In this document: in pieces, positions 11,511-24,899 of the stretch
How positions within the stretch are numbered: position 1 is the stretch's first letter
Layout: the number at the start of each line of letters is the position of its first letter
Source of the DNA: Callorhinchus milii
Taxonomy: Eukaryota
NCBI RefSeq assembly: GCF_018977255.1
Contig: NW_024704742.1
Coordinates: 90,706,001 to 90,770,000, forward strand
Direction of reading: 5' to 3'
DNA: 64,000 nt
Program-made: the position numbers and the translations under genes
The notes under the pieces: model-generated
The model's database searches: none
What the model saw: only the letters and a program-made list of their open reading frames with translations
Told to the model about the DNA's origin: nothing

Positions 11511-13889
11511 GGATTCCTGGAAGTTGCTACTGGAATTGTTACATTATATATACATGTGTCCATTGCAAAAAGGCTTTCCCCAAAACCTTCGTGTCTTCTG
11601 TTCAATAAAACCCAACTGTTTGTTTGTTTGTTTTGTTTATTTATCACCTTAATTGTAAGTGATCAAGAGCGACAGTGTTTGCCTTTGAGGGATTCAACCA
11701 AATTTCAGTTAATCTTCCACCTTTTCCAAAGTTATTTTGTCACGAATTTCCTGTTTTCGATCGTACATGGGTCAAGGGGTGGAATAAAAGTAATCTATGA
11801 CTCTTAAAATAAATATTTTGCAGTGACACCCCCTCCCTGTCTGCTTTCTGGTTGTAGTTTTCCATTTTCTCCCCCCCCCCCCCCCCCCCCACCGGTTTAA
11901 AAGTTTTGAGGTGTATAATATGAATTAAACAGGATTAATTAATTAAACAGGATGAATTAAACATTGATTGGATTTGTATGGTTTCGCTGTGTTCTTCCTG
12001 TTCTCTTAATGTGACATGTCCAGTTTGAGTCATCAAATGTACTATTGAAGTGTGGGAGAAGTAACTGTCAAATACAGAGGCAGATGTAAGAATGTGCCTT
12101 GCATTTATGTGTGGCTTTACTTTTTCACTTACTCTCTCTCTGTGTCCCTGTGCAATATCAAAGGACTAGCGTGTGGTTCACTTCGGCTGTATCTCTTTCT
12201 TGGAAAAAAAAGCAGATGATGATTGCTTGTCATCCCACATGTCATGTCAGTGTTGTGTTACAGGACAATAGTGAAATGTTTTTTTTTATGATCCCTGTTT
12301 AGTAGCTCAATGCAAAATGTTTCTGCCTGCTGAGTTCTGTATGCTGTGGACTCATTGCTTAACACAGTGTTTTGTCCTAATCTTTGTTCCTGTCAAAGAT
12401 GTTTCACGGATCTGAAACTGGCACAGTAAAGAATGCCAATTTGCATTCCGCCAGTGTCATTTGATTACTTTTATCTGTACAGCTATGAGACCGGTTCCAA
12501 CCTTCTATTTCATCTTGGCATGTCACGAGTCAATGCCGTGTCATCTTTCAAAATTCAGGCTGGTTTAGACAAAAAAAAACACTTTCATGTTGCAGCCGCA
12601 GTCCCCTGCTAACTTGTCAGCAGCAGGATATGATTCACAGAGGCCCAGAAGAATGAAAAGAGAGAGGAGGGTTGTGAGTGGTTCAATAAACCCATGGACA
12701 GGTAGTGTGTGACATCCCGTGAGGCCTGAGTTAATGAAGAACAGGTCTGCTTGGCTCTCCACACTGACCTGACTGTTTCCCCAGTTTTTTTTTCCATTTG
12801 ATCTTACCCCAGCAAATTGATCTGTTCTTTCTTCTCTCTCCATTGATACTCGAGAGGGAAGAGAGAAATTAACACTCTAGCTTAACTACTTCACTTCTGT
12901 TCAACTTATCGCAGTCTGTCACAAGGTATCTCACTGCACTGCACAAAAAAAGGGAAACTTTCAATCATGCTTTCATTAATGGCAGTTTGTATTCATTGAT
13001 GCTCGATGACAGAGCACACCCATCAAGTCATAGTACGGTCTCAGACTGTTTTGACCAGTAAATTGGTCATTTTGTTTTTACAAATTCATTGATTTACATA
13101 TATATCTATGCTGCTCTACTGAAATTGCAATGCTTCCTTACTGGTTGTTATGTTGCATAATGTTTGCTGAATTCCACCAATGTGGGTTAAAATTATTTCA
13201 CAAGAATTAAAAGTATTTCACAATACTGAAGACCTCTTAGTAAAGTCATGAAAATGCAAGTAATTGTACAAACAAAGATTATGCTAATACTTCAGTGTGA
13301 ATTTGTGTTTTGTGAGCATTTCAAATTGGTGAGTGTGGTCGTGTGTGGTGCACACATCAGAATTGAGTGTCACAGAAAGAACAGTGGGGCAAGTTTATCT
13401 GTTGGTTTCTAAAGTTACTGATTTTAGTGGCAATGTAGTTAGAGTGGGAAAATCCAAAGGTAGGTGCATAATTTAGCTGGTAGATTTACTAAACACATGG
13501 AAGATAGGTCCACCAGTCATCAACCCTTACAGATGTCGAGGATGAAGGTGACAGAGTCAAATGGCGTATAAACCTTGCGAACACAGTGGTGATAGTCTTA
13601 TACTGCCATCTGAGTCTCCTCGATCGTGTTGATTAATGTACTGAGCATTTTTTAGTTGTATAACTTTCTTCATTTGTACAATTTTTTAAAGTCTATGCTG
13701 TCAACATGCTATTTCTGCGACATTGCCATAACACCCGAGTTCTGAATTGAAAACCATGGAAATAACAATCCTTGCATTTCATACAATGCCTTATCAGGTC
13801 GACTATATGTCTCAAAGTGTTTAGAGGATTTTTGGAGAAGTCTACCCATCATACACAAGTCAGGTAAATGTAATACTTACAATTTTTTT

Positions 13890-14047
13890 AAATAAAAAAA
13901 ATTTGGTCACTCAATCCACGACTGTTTCTGGGACACTGCTGTACACAATTGGCTGCCACATTTCACCCACAAAATACATACAGTCAATTCACTATGTGAT
14001 AAGGCGCTATATCAAATGCAAAGATTATTAGTATTATTATTATTATT
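13890..14047 (+). mobile_element. SINE 3' half, with an opposite-strand tail fragment at 13760-13810
   Basis: tttggtcactcaatccacgactgttt...aaatgcaaagattatta. Confidence 0.8.
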
Positions 14048-15012
14048 TCAGACACTGAACATACAAAGCCTGTATTTGAATGCTGAAAACAAAGGCACAC
14101 ATTTTGACAGAAACTGCTATGAAACATCAAAGAAATTAGCACTCAAGGAATTCATTCCATAATATTGCTGTTTACAAGAAATAGACAGAAAATTTCCTTG
14201 TGCTGTTTGAGGTTGTGTGCTCACCCTGGTATTGTAACAAAAATGAATGGAAATGTTGATCATTTGCTCAAAAGTGGTCACTGTGATTCATTTAATTATT
14301 CTGAATGGATTGCATATTAAAAAAAAAGTAAAATAGCATTCAGCCTGGTAATATAACTTGAAAGAGTTCTAAAGCAAGGAAGTGGATAAATCACAATTGT
14401 TTTGGTGTACCATGACATGCCATGGGGGTCTGCAATCATTAATGTGTCAAAGCTATGATTTTAAAAGGGAGAAAGATTTCTGCTATATCTTAAAACTGAA
14501 GTCACTCATTTACTAGACTGTAAATGTGATTAGATAAAACTCTAAGAAACAATTTAGTGGAATAATGCAGATCATGGTTACATAAAAAAGTCAAACTCCA
14601 GCAAGCAGTTCCATTATTTTTTGCCAATCAACATGCATTCATTGAGTTTCAAACAGTAAAAGACATAAAACTTTAGTGACAAGATCAGGCTTTAAATGAT
14701 GTTAAATGTACTGTAGTTTTGAAGAATTTCAGCTGGTTAGACGTCCAACAAACTAGGACCCGCCGTTTTATGTTTAGAAATATAGGAAAAATCTACGTGG
14801 GCAATGCTTCTTTGTTCAAAGTGCATTTAACATGTAGTTAACTTCTGGAGGATCACACCAGCATTTTGTGCCGTTTCGAACAAGATTACATTGCTTCTGG
14901 TTTATCAGTGTCCAGTGTCAACATATGCTTTTAATTGTTTGAATGATCAGTGTTACATTTTCACTTGAAATTGTTTGTGGAAAATAAACCAGAACAGGAG
15001 GGGAGACATATT

Positions 15013-15354
15013 ACCTGGGTCCAGATTTACTCTGCCTCATGCCCTCTTATTTCACCTTTAATTCCGACCTTAAGACCTATCTCGTCAAACGTGCCTATGG
15101 TCACCACTTTTCCCTCGGTTGGCGTTCAACCCCACCACTGTGCAGTGCTCTATCCCTCTTGAAGAGCTCGATATAAATGCAAGTTGTCCAGAATTTGGCA
15201 AATTCTTGAACTCAGTCTTAAAGTTAAAGTCTGTTTTCTGAAGCTCTTGAAAGAAACTTACAAAAAACAGGCTTGAAAACTAAGAATTTGTATTTAAGAA
15301 TTTGAGAAATTTTGCACCACTAAAATACCACATGGAGTAAATCTAGACCCAGGT
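15013..15354. mobile_element. Palindromic MITE-like element (possibly Harbinger-type) carrying an L2 3' fragment at about 15033-15188
   Basis: Terminal inverted repeats acctgggtccagatttactc / gagtaaatctagacccaggt match at 19 of 20; internal inverted arms at 15199-15305. Confidence 0.6.
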
Positions 15355-15654
15355 GAAATATCTTCCTGTCGAGCGCTCTGAGAATGCACAGAATTCATAA
15401 AATTCTTTTGAACGTGGACAGTTGTGGAAAACAGGCTTGATTGACCAACAAAAAGATATTCTAAGTCAATGCCAGGAAAGATCTGAAGCCAATTTTAGCC
15501 TAGTGGCATTGACATAAATACAGTTAGCCTTTGCAAAAAGTGATAGTTTGTTTACAGTGATATATACAAGGCAAACTATAACTTGCACCAGGACTTGAGG
15601 GGAAAAATCCTTTTCATTGTGACACTGGTGGATTTGAGAGGCATGCCAGACTGT

Positions 15655-15815
15655 ATTGATTATTACACGATTGTTTGTGGGACACTGCTGTGTGCAATTA
15701 TCTGCCGCATTTCGCCCATAAAAACACGCAGTCACTACACTTTACAATATATTCTGTAAAGATGTTTGAGACATGATAAGGCGCTATATCAAATGCAAGG
15801 ATTATTATTATTATA
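15655..15815 (+). mobile_element. SINE 3' half
   Basis: Deu-like core and the tail aaatgcaagg(att)n. Confidence 0.8.
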
Positions 15816-16160
15816 ACATGTGGAAGTGGATTCCATGCCTGTGGGTGACGTCAACGAGGGGAGAACATTTAGATGATGAAGAGGAGAGGACCGAGGACAG
15901 AGCCCCAAGGAACTCTACATGGGATCATGTGAGGCCAGGAGTGAAGCAGTTAGATGAGGCATAGTGGAGATCCTGGAACATATAGGAAAATGCAGAGTGA
16001 TGTAGGTGTACCAGGGAGAGAGAGACGGTGGAGAAAGAATGTGTGGTTTTTGAAAACTGTGAAATGAACAAGGAAGCACTGGGAACCCTGGTTAAAAACA
16101 GAAAGGATCTTATTTGTGACTTTGACCATCGATGTTTCAGGTGGACGTTATTGCACTATT
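15816..16160 (-). mobile_element. Old L2 RT fragment
   Basis: Reverse complement contains ggctctgtcctcggtcctctcctcttc (GSVLGPLLF). Confidence 0.7.
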
Positions 16161-16684
16161 TTGAGGAAAAATGGAAAGATCTCCCAGTTTTCTGGCTAAT
16201 ATTCCTGTCTTGTTCAAAATTCACCACAAAATTGCCCCAAAAGATTAGATTTGATCCTTTGTCTTAGTGCTCTTGGTGGGATGCAGATTTGTTGCTGTGT
16301 TTGCCTACAGAACAACAGCTTGTGCATTTCAAAGTAACTCATTGTGTGAAGCGCTTTGAGACGTTTCAACGCATTGAGGTACTATAATAAATGCAAGTTT
16401 TGTAAGTCCCTGACTGTGGTACTAATTAAGATAGGGCCCAAGAGAGTATTAACCTTAAATCGTCTGTTGAGGAGGAGAAGCAAATAAAGACAGTTATGTA
16501 TTTTGTTCATGTTAATAAAATAGTTATATTTATCATTCACAGTTTTCCATTTTAGATATTAATCTGCAATTTACAACAAATGTTTTGTTTTTAATTAATT
16601 TAACTCTCCCCTAAAACAGCCGCCTTTTTGCCAAAATCAAGTTCCAGGCAGCGTAGTTGAGACCAGAACCCTGAATTCATTAAA

Positions 16685-16790
16685 AAAAGCAGCTTGATGC
16701 TGTTGTGGAAGGAGGGTAGGGGGTTATTCTGGAAGGATGAGATCAAATGGGCCAAAGGGCATTCTTCACCTGAACCTCTCGTGTGATCTG
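16685..16790 (+). mobile_element. Ancient CR1-like 3' end; related copies on the minus strand at about 17400-17590 and 33990-34100
   Basis: ctggaaggatgagatcaaatgggccaaagggcattcttcacctgaa, shared with 45240-45340 and 57970-58040. Confidence 0.6.
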
Positions 16791-16793
16791 AAT

Positions 16794-17163
16794 GGAGTCC
16801 TGTTGCATAATGGTTAAAGCCCTCGCCTCGCAAACACAGGGGCCTGGGTTTGATTCCCAGGCAGGCCAAAACTTTAGGCAAGTTTCCTTACTCCACACAC
16901 TTCTGTTTATCCAACATTAAGTAGGTACCCGGTTGTTAGTCGATTGGTGGATCATTTTCCGGGAGTAATAATCGCTCCTCAAAAAAAATTACAAATTTGG
17001 TCACTCAATCCACAACTGTGGGACACAGCTGTGTGCGATTAGCTGCCATGCTTCGCCCACAAAATGCAAAGTCTATCCACTTTACAATATATTCTGTGAA
17101 ACGCTTTGAGATGTCTCATCGACATGATAAGGGGCTATATCAAATGTAATGATTATTATTATT
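16794..17163 (+). mobile_element. tRNA-derived SINE, long (about 370 bp) form
   Basis: ggagtcctg head, extra internal segment aagtaggtacccggttgttagtcgattgg and (TAT)n tail. Confidence 0.88.
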
Positions 17164-17746
17164 AACTAGTTAAAGAAGACAGTAGCCATCTCCTATGATG
17201 GGTTCAGCTCCCTGTAAAAATATAGGCAAATTTTAAGTACAGGAACAATATAGAACAAAAGAACCTGTAGTTGAATGCAGGGTATATTATGTATGACTGT
17301 GATCTTGTTTTGAAATGGTCACCGTGGCTGGGTTAAGAGGGTGCATTTTGGTGCTTATACGAAAACCTTATACTTTAGGTTTTAATAACTCATACAATCT
17401 CAAGTGTTTCAGATGAAGAAGACCATTTGGCCCATGTAATCCATCCTTCAAGAATATCCACCCTCCTGTTTTCCCATGCCAAACTGTTTCTTGAATGAGT
17501 CTTGTGCCCTGGCCTCTATGACTTTTTCTGGTAACCTTTCTTGGTAACCCTTTCCAGCTGTTGATTATTTTCTGTATGACATCAGTTTGGTTCAGCCTAG
17601 AATATAACTACTGAATGAAAGGGAGGAGGGGGAAAGGGTATTTTATATAGTTATCATGGAATCCTAGCCGATAGGTATTTCTAGTTCAATGTTTTGTCAC
17701 CTAGAATTGAACTTGACACACAACATGATCTTGGCTGGAACAGGAT

Positions 17747-17865
17747 AATAATAATAATAATCCTTGCATTTGATATAGTTAGTGCCTTACCATGTCATTG
17801 AGATGTCTCAAAGCACTTCACAGAATATATTGTAAAGTGGATTGACTGTATTTTGTGGGCAAAAC
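17747..17865 (-). mobile_element. SINE 3' fragment
   Basis: (aat)n ccttgcatttgatatag...aaagcacttcacagaatatatt. Confidence 0.8.
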
Positions 17866-19048
17866 AGGGTTACCAGGAAGCTAGCCCTCATTTTAAATGA
17901 ATTCACTTCAATCAATTTTTATTTTAAAAAAAGCCAACATTACAGTAACACGCACTATTATTTGAATGATTGATTGTTAATAATTGGTCTGTTAAAAGTA
18001 ACTCGAGATGCCGCATCAGAAAGTGAGCTCTAACTCCACCATTCATTTTGTGGCTCTCTTTGCCCTCCGTTTGTTCTGCTCTACCTTTCAGGGAGCCTAG
18101 CTTTCTTTCAGGGTGGTTTTATTGATCTTCTTGTGACCCTTATTTTGAGGCACGCACGATCGCTACCATTCTCCAAGGCTATGTTTTTTTGTCCCGTGAA
18201 ACTAGCACAGTTTCCCTTTTCATGTCCACTGCTCGGCTTTATTTTCTTTTGTGCATAAATGAACCATTTTACAACACAGTGAAAATCTCCCATGACAAGT
18301 GCTGCTGCGGACTCCCCAAGAAGCCATGTATTCAACAGATTTCTCCTCTTTCTCAACTTTTAAAACAAAACTAGGCCATGTCGAAACATTTAGCCTCTTG
18401 AATTGGCAGAAGCAAGCGGATTCTTTTGTCAGCTCTTCCCTTATTTGCACTACATTGTCACTGGCAAGCGTGCCTATAAATCAGCATTTAGTTATGTTAT
18501 TGTGTCAAGTGTTGAGAAGGATCAGTGGTAAATCATACTACTAATAGGCAGGTTTTAGAAGCGTGACAAAGATACACCCTTCCAACCAAAAAACGTAAGG
18601 CATCAGCAAAGTGGCTCAGAAGATTGTTTCCTGTGATTAACAGTTTGTTTCAGTTTTTAATTGTAGTGAGTGTGTAATTCAGCTGCCAGAATTGTCTGGC
18701 AATAAAAACTATAATTTAAAACTAATTAGATTTCAAATGTAAGAATAGAATGAGTTCCCTCTGCTCTGAAGCCAACATCTTATCAGCCTCAGAAAATTGC
18801 CCCAAGTGTACCAGTGTCACAGCTCCCATCTCCCACAGCAGTCACATTTGTTGTCTCAGAGGTTGCTAATTTAGTCTTGAAACATGACTTCTCTGGTCTT
18901 ATGTAACTGCAGGAACTAGACAATTGGGATACTAAAATCAGTATGACTGAATTTGATTGCCAAAAAAAAGGATGTAAAGTAATTCTCCAGGAAAAGTAAT
19001 CAAAATCAAAGCAACACTCTTAAGTAGTAAAGTTACTGGATGTGTTTT

Positions 19049-19365
19049 TAATAATAATAATAATCCTTGCATTTGATATAGCGCTTTTCACGTCGGGAGG
19101 ATGTCCCAAAGCGCTTCACAGAACACACTGTAAAGTGAATTGACTGTATATTTGTGGGCGAATGTGGCAACCAATTGCGCACAGCAATGTCCCACAAACA
19201 GTCGTAGATTGAAAATGACCAATTTATTATTGTTTTTGGTTTTGGAGGGATTATTATTAGGTGTGTGGAGTAAGGAAAATTGCCCAAGGATTCGCCCTGC
19301 CTGGAATTGAACTCAGGTCTCTCGCTTGCAAAGCGAGTGCTCTAACCACTGAGCTACAGGACTCC
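19049..19365 (-). mobile_element. Young tRNA-derived SINE, short form
   Basis: Near-identical to 6587-6895. Confidence 0.93.
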
Positions 19366-20747
19366 ACATGCTTCTTTGCTGTTGTGTTCCAATTTTTTTT
19401 TCGTCGCAACCGACCTTCTCAGAAAATACCCATATCAGCCACCAAAGAAGTCTGCATTGCAGTGACAGGATCTTTGCACCGTTGGAAAAAAACACATTTC
19501 CTTCCCTAAAAAATACTGATTGAGTACCCTTGTTGCTACAGCAGAAAACCTTTCCAGTGTCTTGAATGTTGCAGGGCTGTTCGTTAAATATGTCTTTAGC
19601 CAATTTTCACTCAGCAATGTCCCACAAACAGCCATCGAGTGAAAAGTCAGTTTATCTGGAGGATTATTGGTTATGAACTCAATGCAGTCCAGAAACTGCA
19701 TCTCTCCCTTTCATATATGCCCAAGTGCTGTGGTGTCTTTACCCACCAGGACATTATCGAGATCTTAGTACAGTAAGTGATCTTTTAGTGAATGGATGGC
19801 TTGAACTATGCAAGGCTTTCTTTTGTTGTTATTTCTTGTTTTTGTTATGACCCCATATTTATCACCTAATCCCATGCAGAAAGGCATATCCCTGCGTTTT
19901 CCCTCTGTAGCCAGACATGTGCATAGATACAAAAGCTTCTGTGTACAGCAAGCTGTTTTAAATATTGTGGCTCAGTTCTGCACTGTCCTTGCTCTGCTTG
20001 AGCCAAAAGATCTGTGCTCAGTGTCTGCAGATTACCGAGCCCCTCTTTATTGTACCTCTTGTCAGTTATTCCTATTCATTTAACCTTTCATTAGTATCTG
20101 TGCTGCTTCACTGTCTGGGAAGTTGGGCTCAAAGCAAAGGCTCCCTGTCACAGTTATTAGATTCCTTGGTTACATCTCAGCAACCATACAAGAAGTGGGT
20201 CAACACTATTGTCCAGGATCCCACATTCCTGGGGTGTTGTTCTTCTGTGTGTGTCAAGGACATGTGCCACATGTTGATAGTGCATCCTAGGGATAAGTGC
20301 ACAACATGGGGGCTAGGCTAAGGCCATCAATAGGAGCTTCATAGGAGTTATTACAAAGACAAACAGTTTGTGCAGGAATTTTATTTAAAAGGCTGCTGAG
20401 ATGGACTGCCTTAAAGTGTTGCCAAGGTTGTCTGTGAGATGCTTGTCAATCACAGCAATTTGCACAGAGCTGTAACATGACTGCTGGAGAGAAATTGACT
20501 TTTACATGATGCCAGAAAAATATTAATTTTAATTTTTCTGCAGTGACAGACTTCTGCTGAGAGGGCAAGTGCATTTGTAGACTTACATCTGACACCATAG
20601 TAATTATAGGGCAAGAACTTACTGGTCAAACAGAGGCATTATGCAAAGTCAGAGCCAAAGACTGGCTGATTTAAAAAAAAACTTGAGTCAGGGGCACCTC
20701 TCACTGAAAAGTTACCTTTTGGGAGTTTTGCAGAAAGTTACTTAATA

Positions 20748-20812
20748 TACAACAACAACAAGATTCCATTTATAGAGCGCCTTTCATGTCGGGAGGACGT
20801 CCCAAGGTGCTG
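20748..20812 (-). mobile_element. Ultra-short L2 3' terminus (stem-loop and tail only); similar at 21595-21656 and 23812-23870
   Basis: (aac)n aagattccatttatagagcgcctttcatgtcgggaggacgtcccaagg is the reverse complement of the L2 end. Confidence 0.85.
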
Positions 20813-23474
20813 ATTGGCAATTAAAACATTCTTGATAAGATCTAAGAGCATTTACAGAGTGCACAAACCATTTTTTGACTGTATTTTATTTTCGAATGTG
20901 GAAAATGAACCAAGCAGCACTAATAACAAAACGTTATTAGACATTACATTTCCTGAAATCGGGGTCAGGAATCGTATTTAAAATAGAGAAGGGAGAAATA
21001 CAAAAGATCACAGTGCCCAGACACGTCATAATTACCGTTTAAACACACACGCAATCAAATGTATAAAGCCATCGTCAAACCAATCCAGGGGAACCCACAA
21101 AAGAAAACTCTGGATATTTTGATTTATCAATATAATTCATGAGGTCTCATCTAAATTCTGAAATAGTTTAGAAAAGAAAGCAAAATATAAATACTGTATT
21201 TCCCAGGACAAAAGCAGGTTTCTATGTAGAAAGAAAATACTATTTTATTCCAGTTATTCTGGCTTTTCTGCTTCTATTTTCTGGTGTAAAATATAGGATA
21301 GGTTGACACTTCTCAGTTCAGCCAGTGTGTAGGGGTCTAGCATCGCCGTCTGCTCATACTGAACCTCAATGTTAGACCTCAAGGTTGTCAATTCAAGTCG
21401 TTTATGTGAGACTGTGGTGAACAGTATTACCAGACAGCTTCCCCACTTGCAATTCATTATCTTTTATTCCTCATTCTATTGAACTGATAAACAGTGGAGG
21501 TGAAAAAATAATTGTACTGTACAGTAGTAGATTACAGAAAACAAAGGCAACATCAGGAATGAGCACCACACAGAACACATCCATGATGGTACTAAACAAC
21601 AACAACAAGATTACATCTGTATAGTGCCTTTCACGTCGGGAGGACGTACCAAGGTGTAGGAGCTTTCAGCTAACACCTTTAAACAATAATGGAGAAGTGG
21701 TGAACGACTTTAAAACTCTTAAGCGGCAGGTTTTGTGAACCCAGCACTGAGCTGTGAGAGGGATGAGGGAATAGATTCACTTTAATAATTGGGCACACTT
21801 TGAACTCCCCTGTGACACCTTCACCTGGCAGTGGAGAGCCTCTCTCTTAACATATAACGTTGCCCAATCAGCCAGGAATTTGGATTCTGACTCCTCATTT
21901 GGGCTCAATTTTAATCTCGACCGATGACCGTCTTTTCATTCATGCTCCCCAGCTGTCACATCAAGTTGTTAAATGTGATGTAATGAAAGGCAGTCACTAA
22001 ATACAACTGACTATTAATGTTAAACAAATACCACAGACTTGGGAATTGAATAAACATTGACAACAACTTGTAACCCTTACCATAGTGCAGTTTACTTCCT
22101 TATGATAGAATATGCTTGGGTTATTGCTTCGTGAAAAGAACACAAAGAGCGCACAGTAGAGTCAACAACTACAACTTGCCTTTATATAGCGCACTTCACG
22201 CGGGGTAGTGTCTCAGACAGTATAAGGTACTTGCTGACGTCTGTAATCCCATCTTCAAAGTATGGTCTGTTGCTCAGTCACCACTTGTCCTCTCTTCCTC
22301 CCAACGACAAAATAATGACTGAGGTCTATTATACACCATGTGTAAACCATGTGCAGACCATGTGTAAACTATATATAAACCAAAATAACTGGGTAAAAAA
22401 TAATTGCTTGCTTTGTGAGCAGCATTAGTACAAGAAAGACATTATGAGGTGGGATGTGTGCATCACTGTGCACTTAGGGATCTTGTTTCACTCCTTGCAG
22501 AAGTGTCAGTCATTGTGCAGAAATGACCTTAGGGCTGTAGTGCTTCACACAAAGCACTTTTTGTAAAGATTAGTTTTATAGAACAAAGCTGGCCACTAAA
22601 ATAAGTGATGCTAAAACATAGGGTAAAAATATCATGAGGCAAGCTACATCATTCAGCACCACCGGAGCACCAATGGCTAATGTGTCTGGCAGTTCTTTTG
22701 ATGAATGAGGACGATATTCAGAACCTGACAGTATGATCCTCAGTCTGTCGGCATTGTTAACACAGTGTCACATTTCTGGTCCGGAGATCCCTGCCGTCCG
22801 TGACACTATGAGCAATATGGTACCAGCTGGCACTGAGATACATAAGGCTTCAAAATTTTCTTATATCTCAGTGCGATGAAGAAGCAAATGTATCGCGGGC
22901 CAACACGTTTTTGCATTGCTCCATTGTTCGGGGTATTCAGACAGTTTTTTTTTGCAGTCTTGTTTGTGACTTTTACGTGACATAATCCAACTGTTTTTCA
23001 AGCAGCAGGAACCTCCCCTCCCGCAAGTGAATGAACTGGACCATATCCGTGAACTGAAATGTTTCAGGGTAAAAAGCGGCTGTGTTTAGTGCCAGTATGG
23101 ACACGTTCTGTGCGGCACAGTAAATCACAGCTCAGCTCACTGACCCCCACCATTCCTGCCTGTGCTGGCTGGAACCTTCTGCACTTTATTTTGTTGTTGA
23201 CCGTTTCACTAGAGTGAAAGGAATCCAGGATAATAGACAGCAAGCGGTGAATTACAAGGCAGTAATCTAATTGAGGGGGGGGAGGTTGATGTTGTTAAAG
23301 GCCAGTAGAAAGACATGGTTGGCAGACATAAACTGAGCCCCAATCTTGGACAGTAGCCTTAAAGTTACTCCTTGCAATCTGTAGCTGTGTGTATATTTTT
23401 AAAATGACATTATTTTAAAAAAATACACAAACCTCAATGTTAAATATCTTACCAATTTCAGGTGCTCACAGTGA

Positions 23475-23740
23475 TTACAGAATTTTTCAGCTCAGAAGGA
23501 GGCCATTTGTCCATCACATCTGTCCCGCATCTCTGTAAGAGTGACTGTATCTGTATAGATTGTCCCACTCCCCCGGCTTTGCCTTTTCCCTATATTTGTC
23601 CGGCGTTTGTCTGATTCCCTTTTAAAAGCTATTGTGGATTCTGCTTCAGCCCTAGTTTGGGGGAGAGCATTCCCTGCCCTAATAACCCTTTTATGTAATC
23701 CTATCCTTTTATTTTCTGGTAATGATTTTAAATTTATACC
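23475..23740 (-). mobile_element. Degraded CR1 LINE 3' end
   Basis: cagaaggaggccatttgtccatc...tcccttttaaaagctattgtggattctgcttc matches the reverse complement of 39230-39492. Confidence 0.7.
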
Positions 23741-24899
23741 GATCAGTGGATGTAATTAGATTATCCACACAGTACCTCACCACCCCCGATTGAGTGAGAA
23801 AAAGTTGGCCGACAACAACAATAAATTGCATTTATATAACACCTTTCACGTCGGGAGGATGTTTCAAGGGGCTGTCATTAGTTAGTGAGAGAATTCACAT
23901 CCAAGGCATACAGTATTATAGACCGATATTTCAGTCCAGCTCAGACAGTGAATTGCTGAAGGAGTTAACGGGGTGACTTTAAGTTGTGGCGTTTCATAAC
24001 GTGTTTCTTGTGAAGCGCTATAAACTTCAACCCCACTCCAAAAAACCCTTTCCTTTGCTGTAGGATGAATTTGAGAGTCACCAATATCCCCAGAATAAAT
24101 GAAGCTGCACCACAGCAAAGCTCACATTGTCGGCATTCTTTCACTGGGAGAGGGATTATGGTGACATGTGTGGAGCAACTCCCTTGAAGACTGTCACCAG
24201 TGCAATTTCCCGTGTGCATTGTCCAGATGTGAGAACTGGACACGCTATCTAACAAGAATTAATGTCCAGGGCAGTAATTGGTGCCTACATTATGGTAAGG
24301 GTGCGAGGGGCCTTTCATTCAGTCTGTCGTCAATTATAAGTTAAGGTGCACTGCACCATGTGTTGGTTTTAGGCATTATGTCACCATAGCAACAGATGTG
24401 CAAAAAAAAAACTGCGGTAATCGGTGTGCATGAAGCACCACAAAGAACAACTGGGTCTGAAAGTTCAGAAGAATAAATGTCTGATTTGTTTTTTGGAAAA
24501 AAAACATACACCACGGTCTTAAGTTTAATTATTTTATCACCATGGGCCCTTCTCCCGAACCTTTCTCACTGCTTGATCGTCTGGCTGACCTGTAAGCGCT
24601 GAGGTTTTCAACTTGTTCATACTTTTGATTTTTTTTTGGTTTCTGCTATTTACATTGTTCAGGTACTTAGGTCGATACTATCAACACCAGAGTTACCAGT
24701 GGCCCACCTTTCTTTGGCCCTTGGACAATTTTTTTTGTATATATTGTACTGTTTTGAAGTGAGACATTTTAGTGATGGACTGGATAATATTTTCAGTCTT
24801 CAGATATCACCGTCAATAATTCTTTCATTGTGGATTGCATGGAATAGAAACTGAGTAACGCCTTGTACTCTGCCCCAATAATGTGGCTTAACATTTTGC

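Noticed and set aside
11922-11962. Short repeat gaattaaacagga; similar small duplications at 22335, 38315 and 44076
   Set aside because: Ordinary slippage duplications with no further structure.
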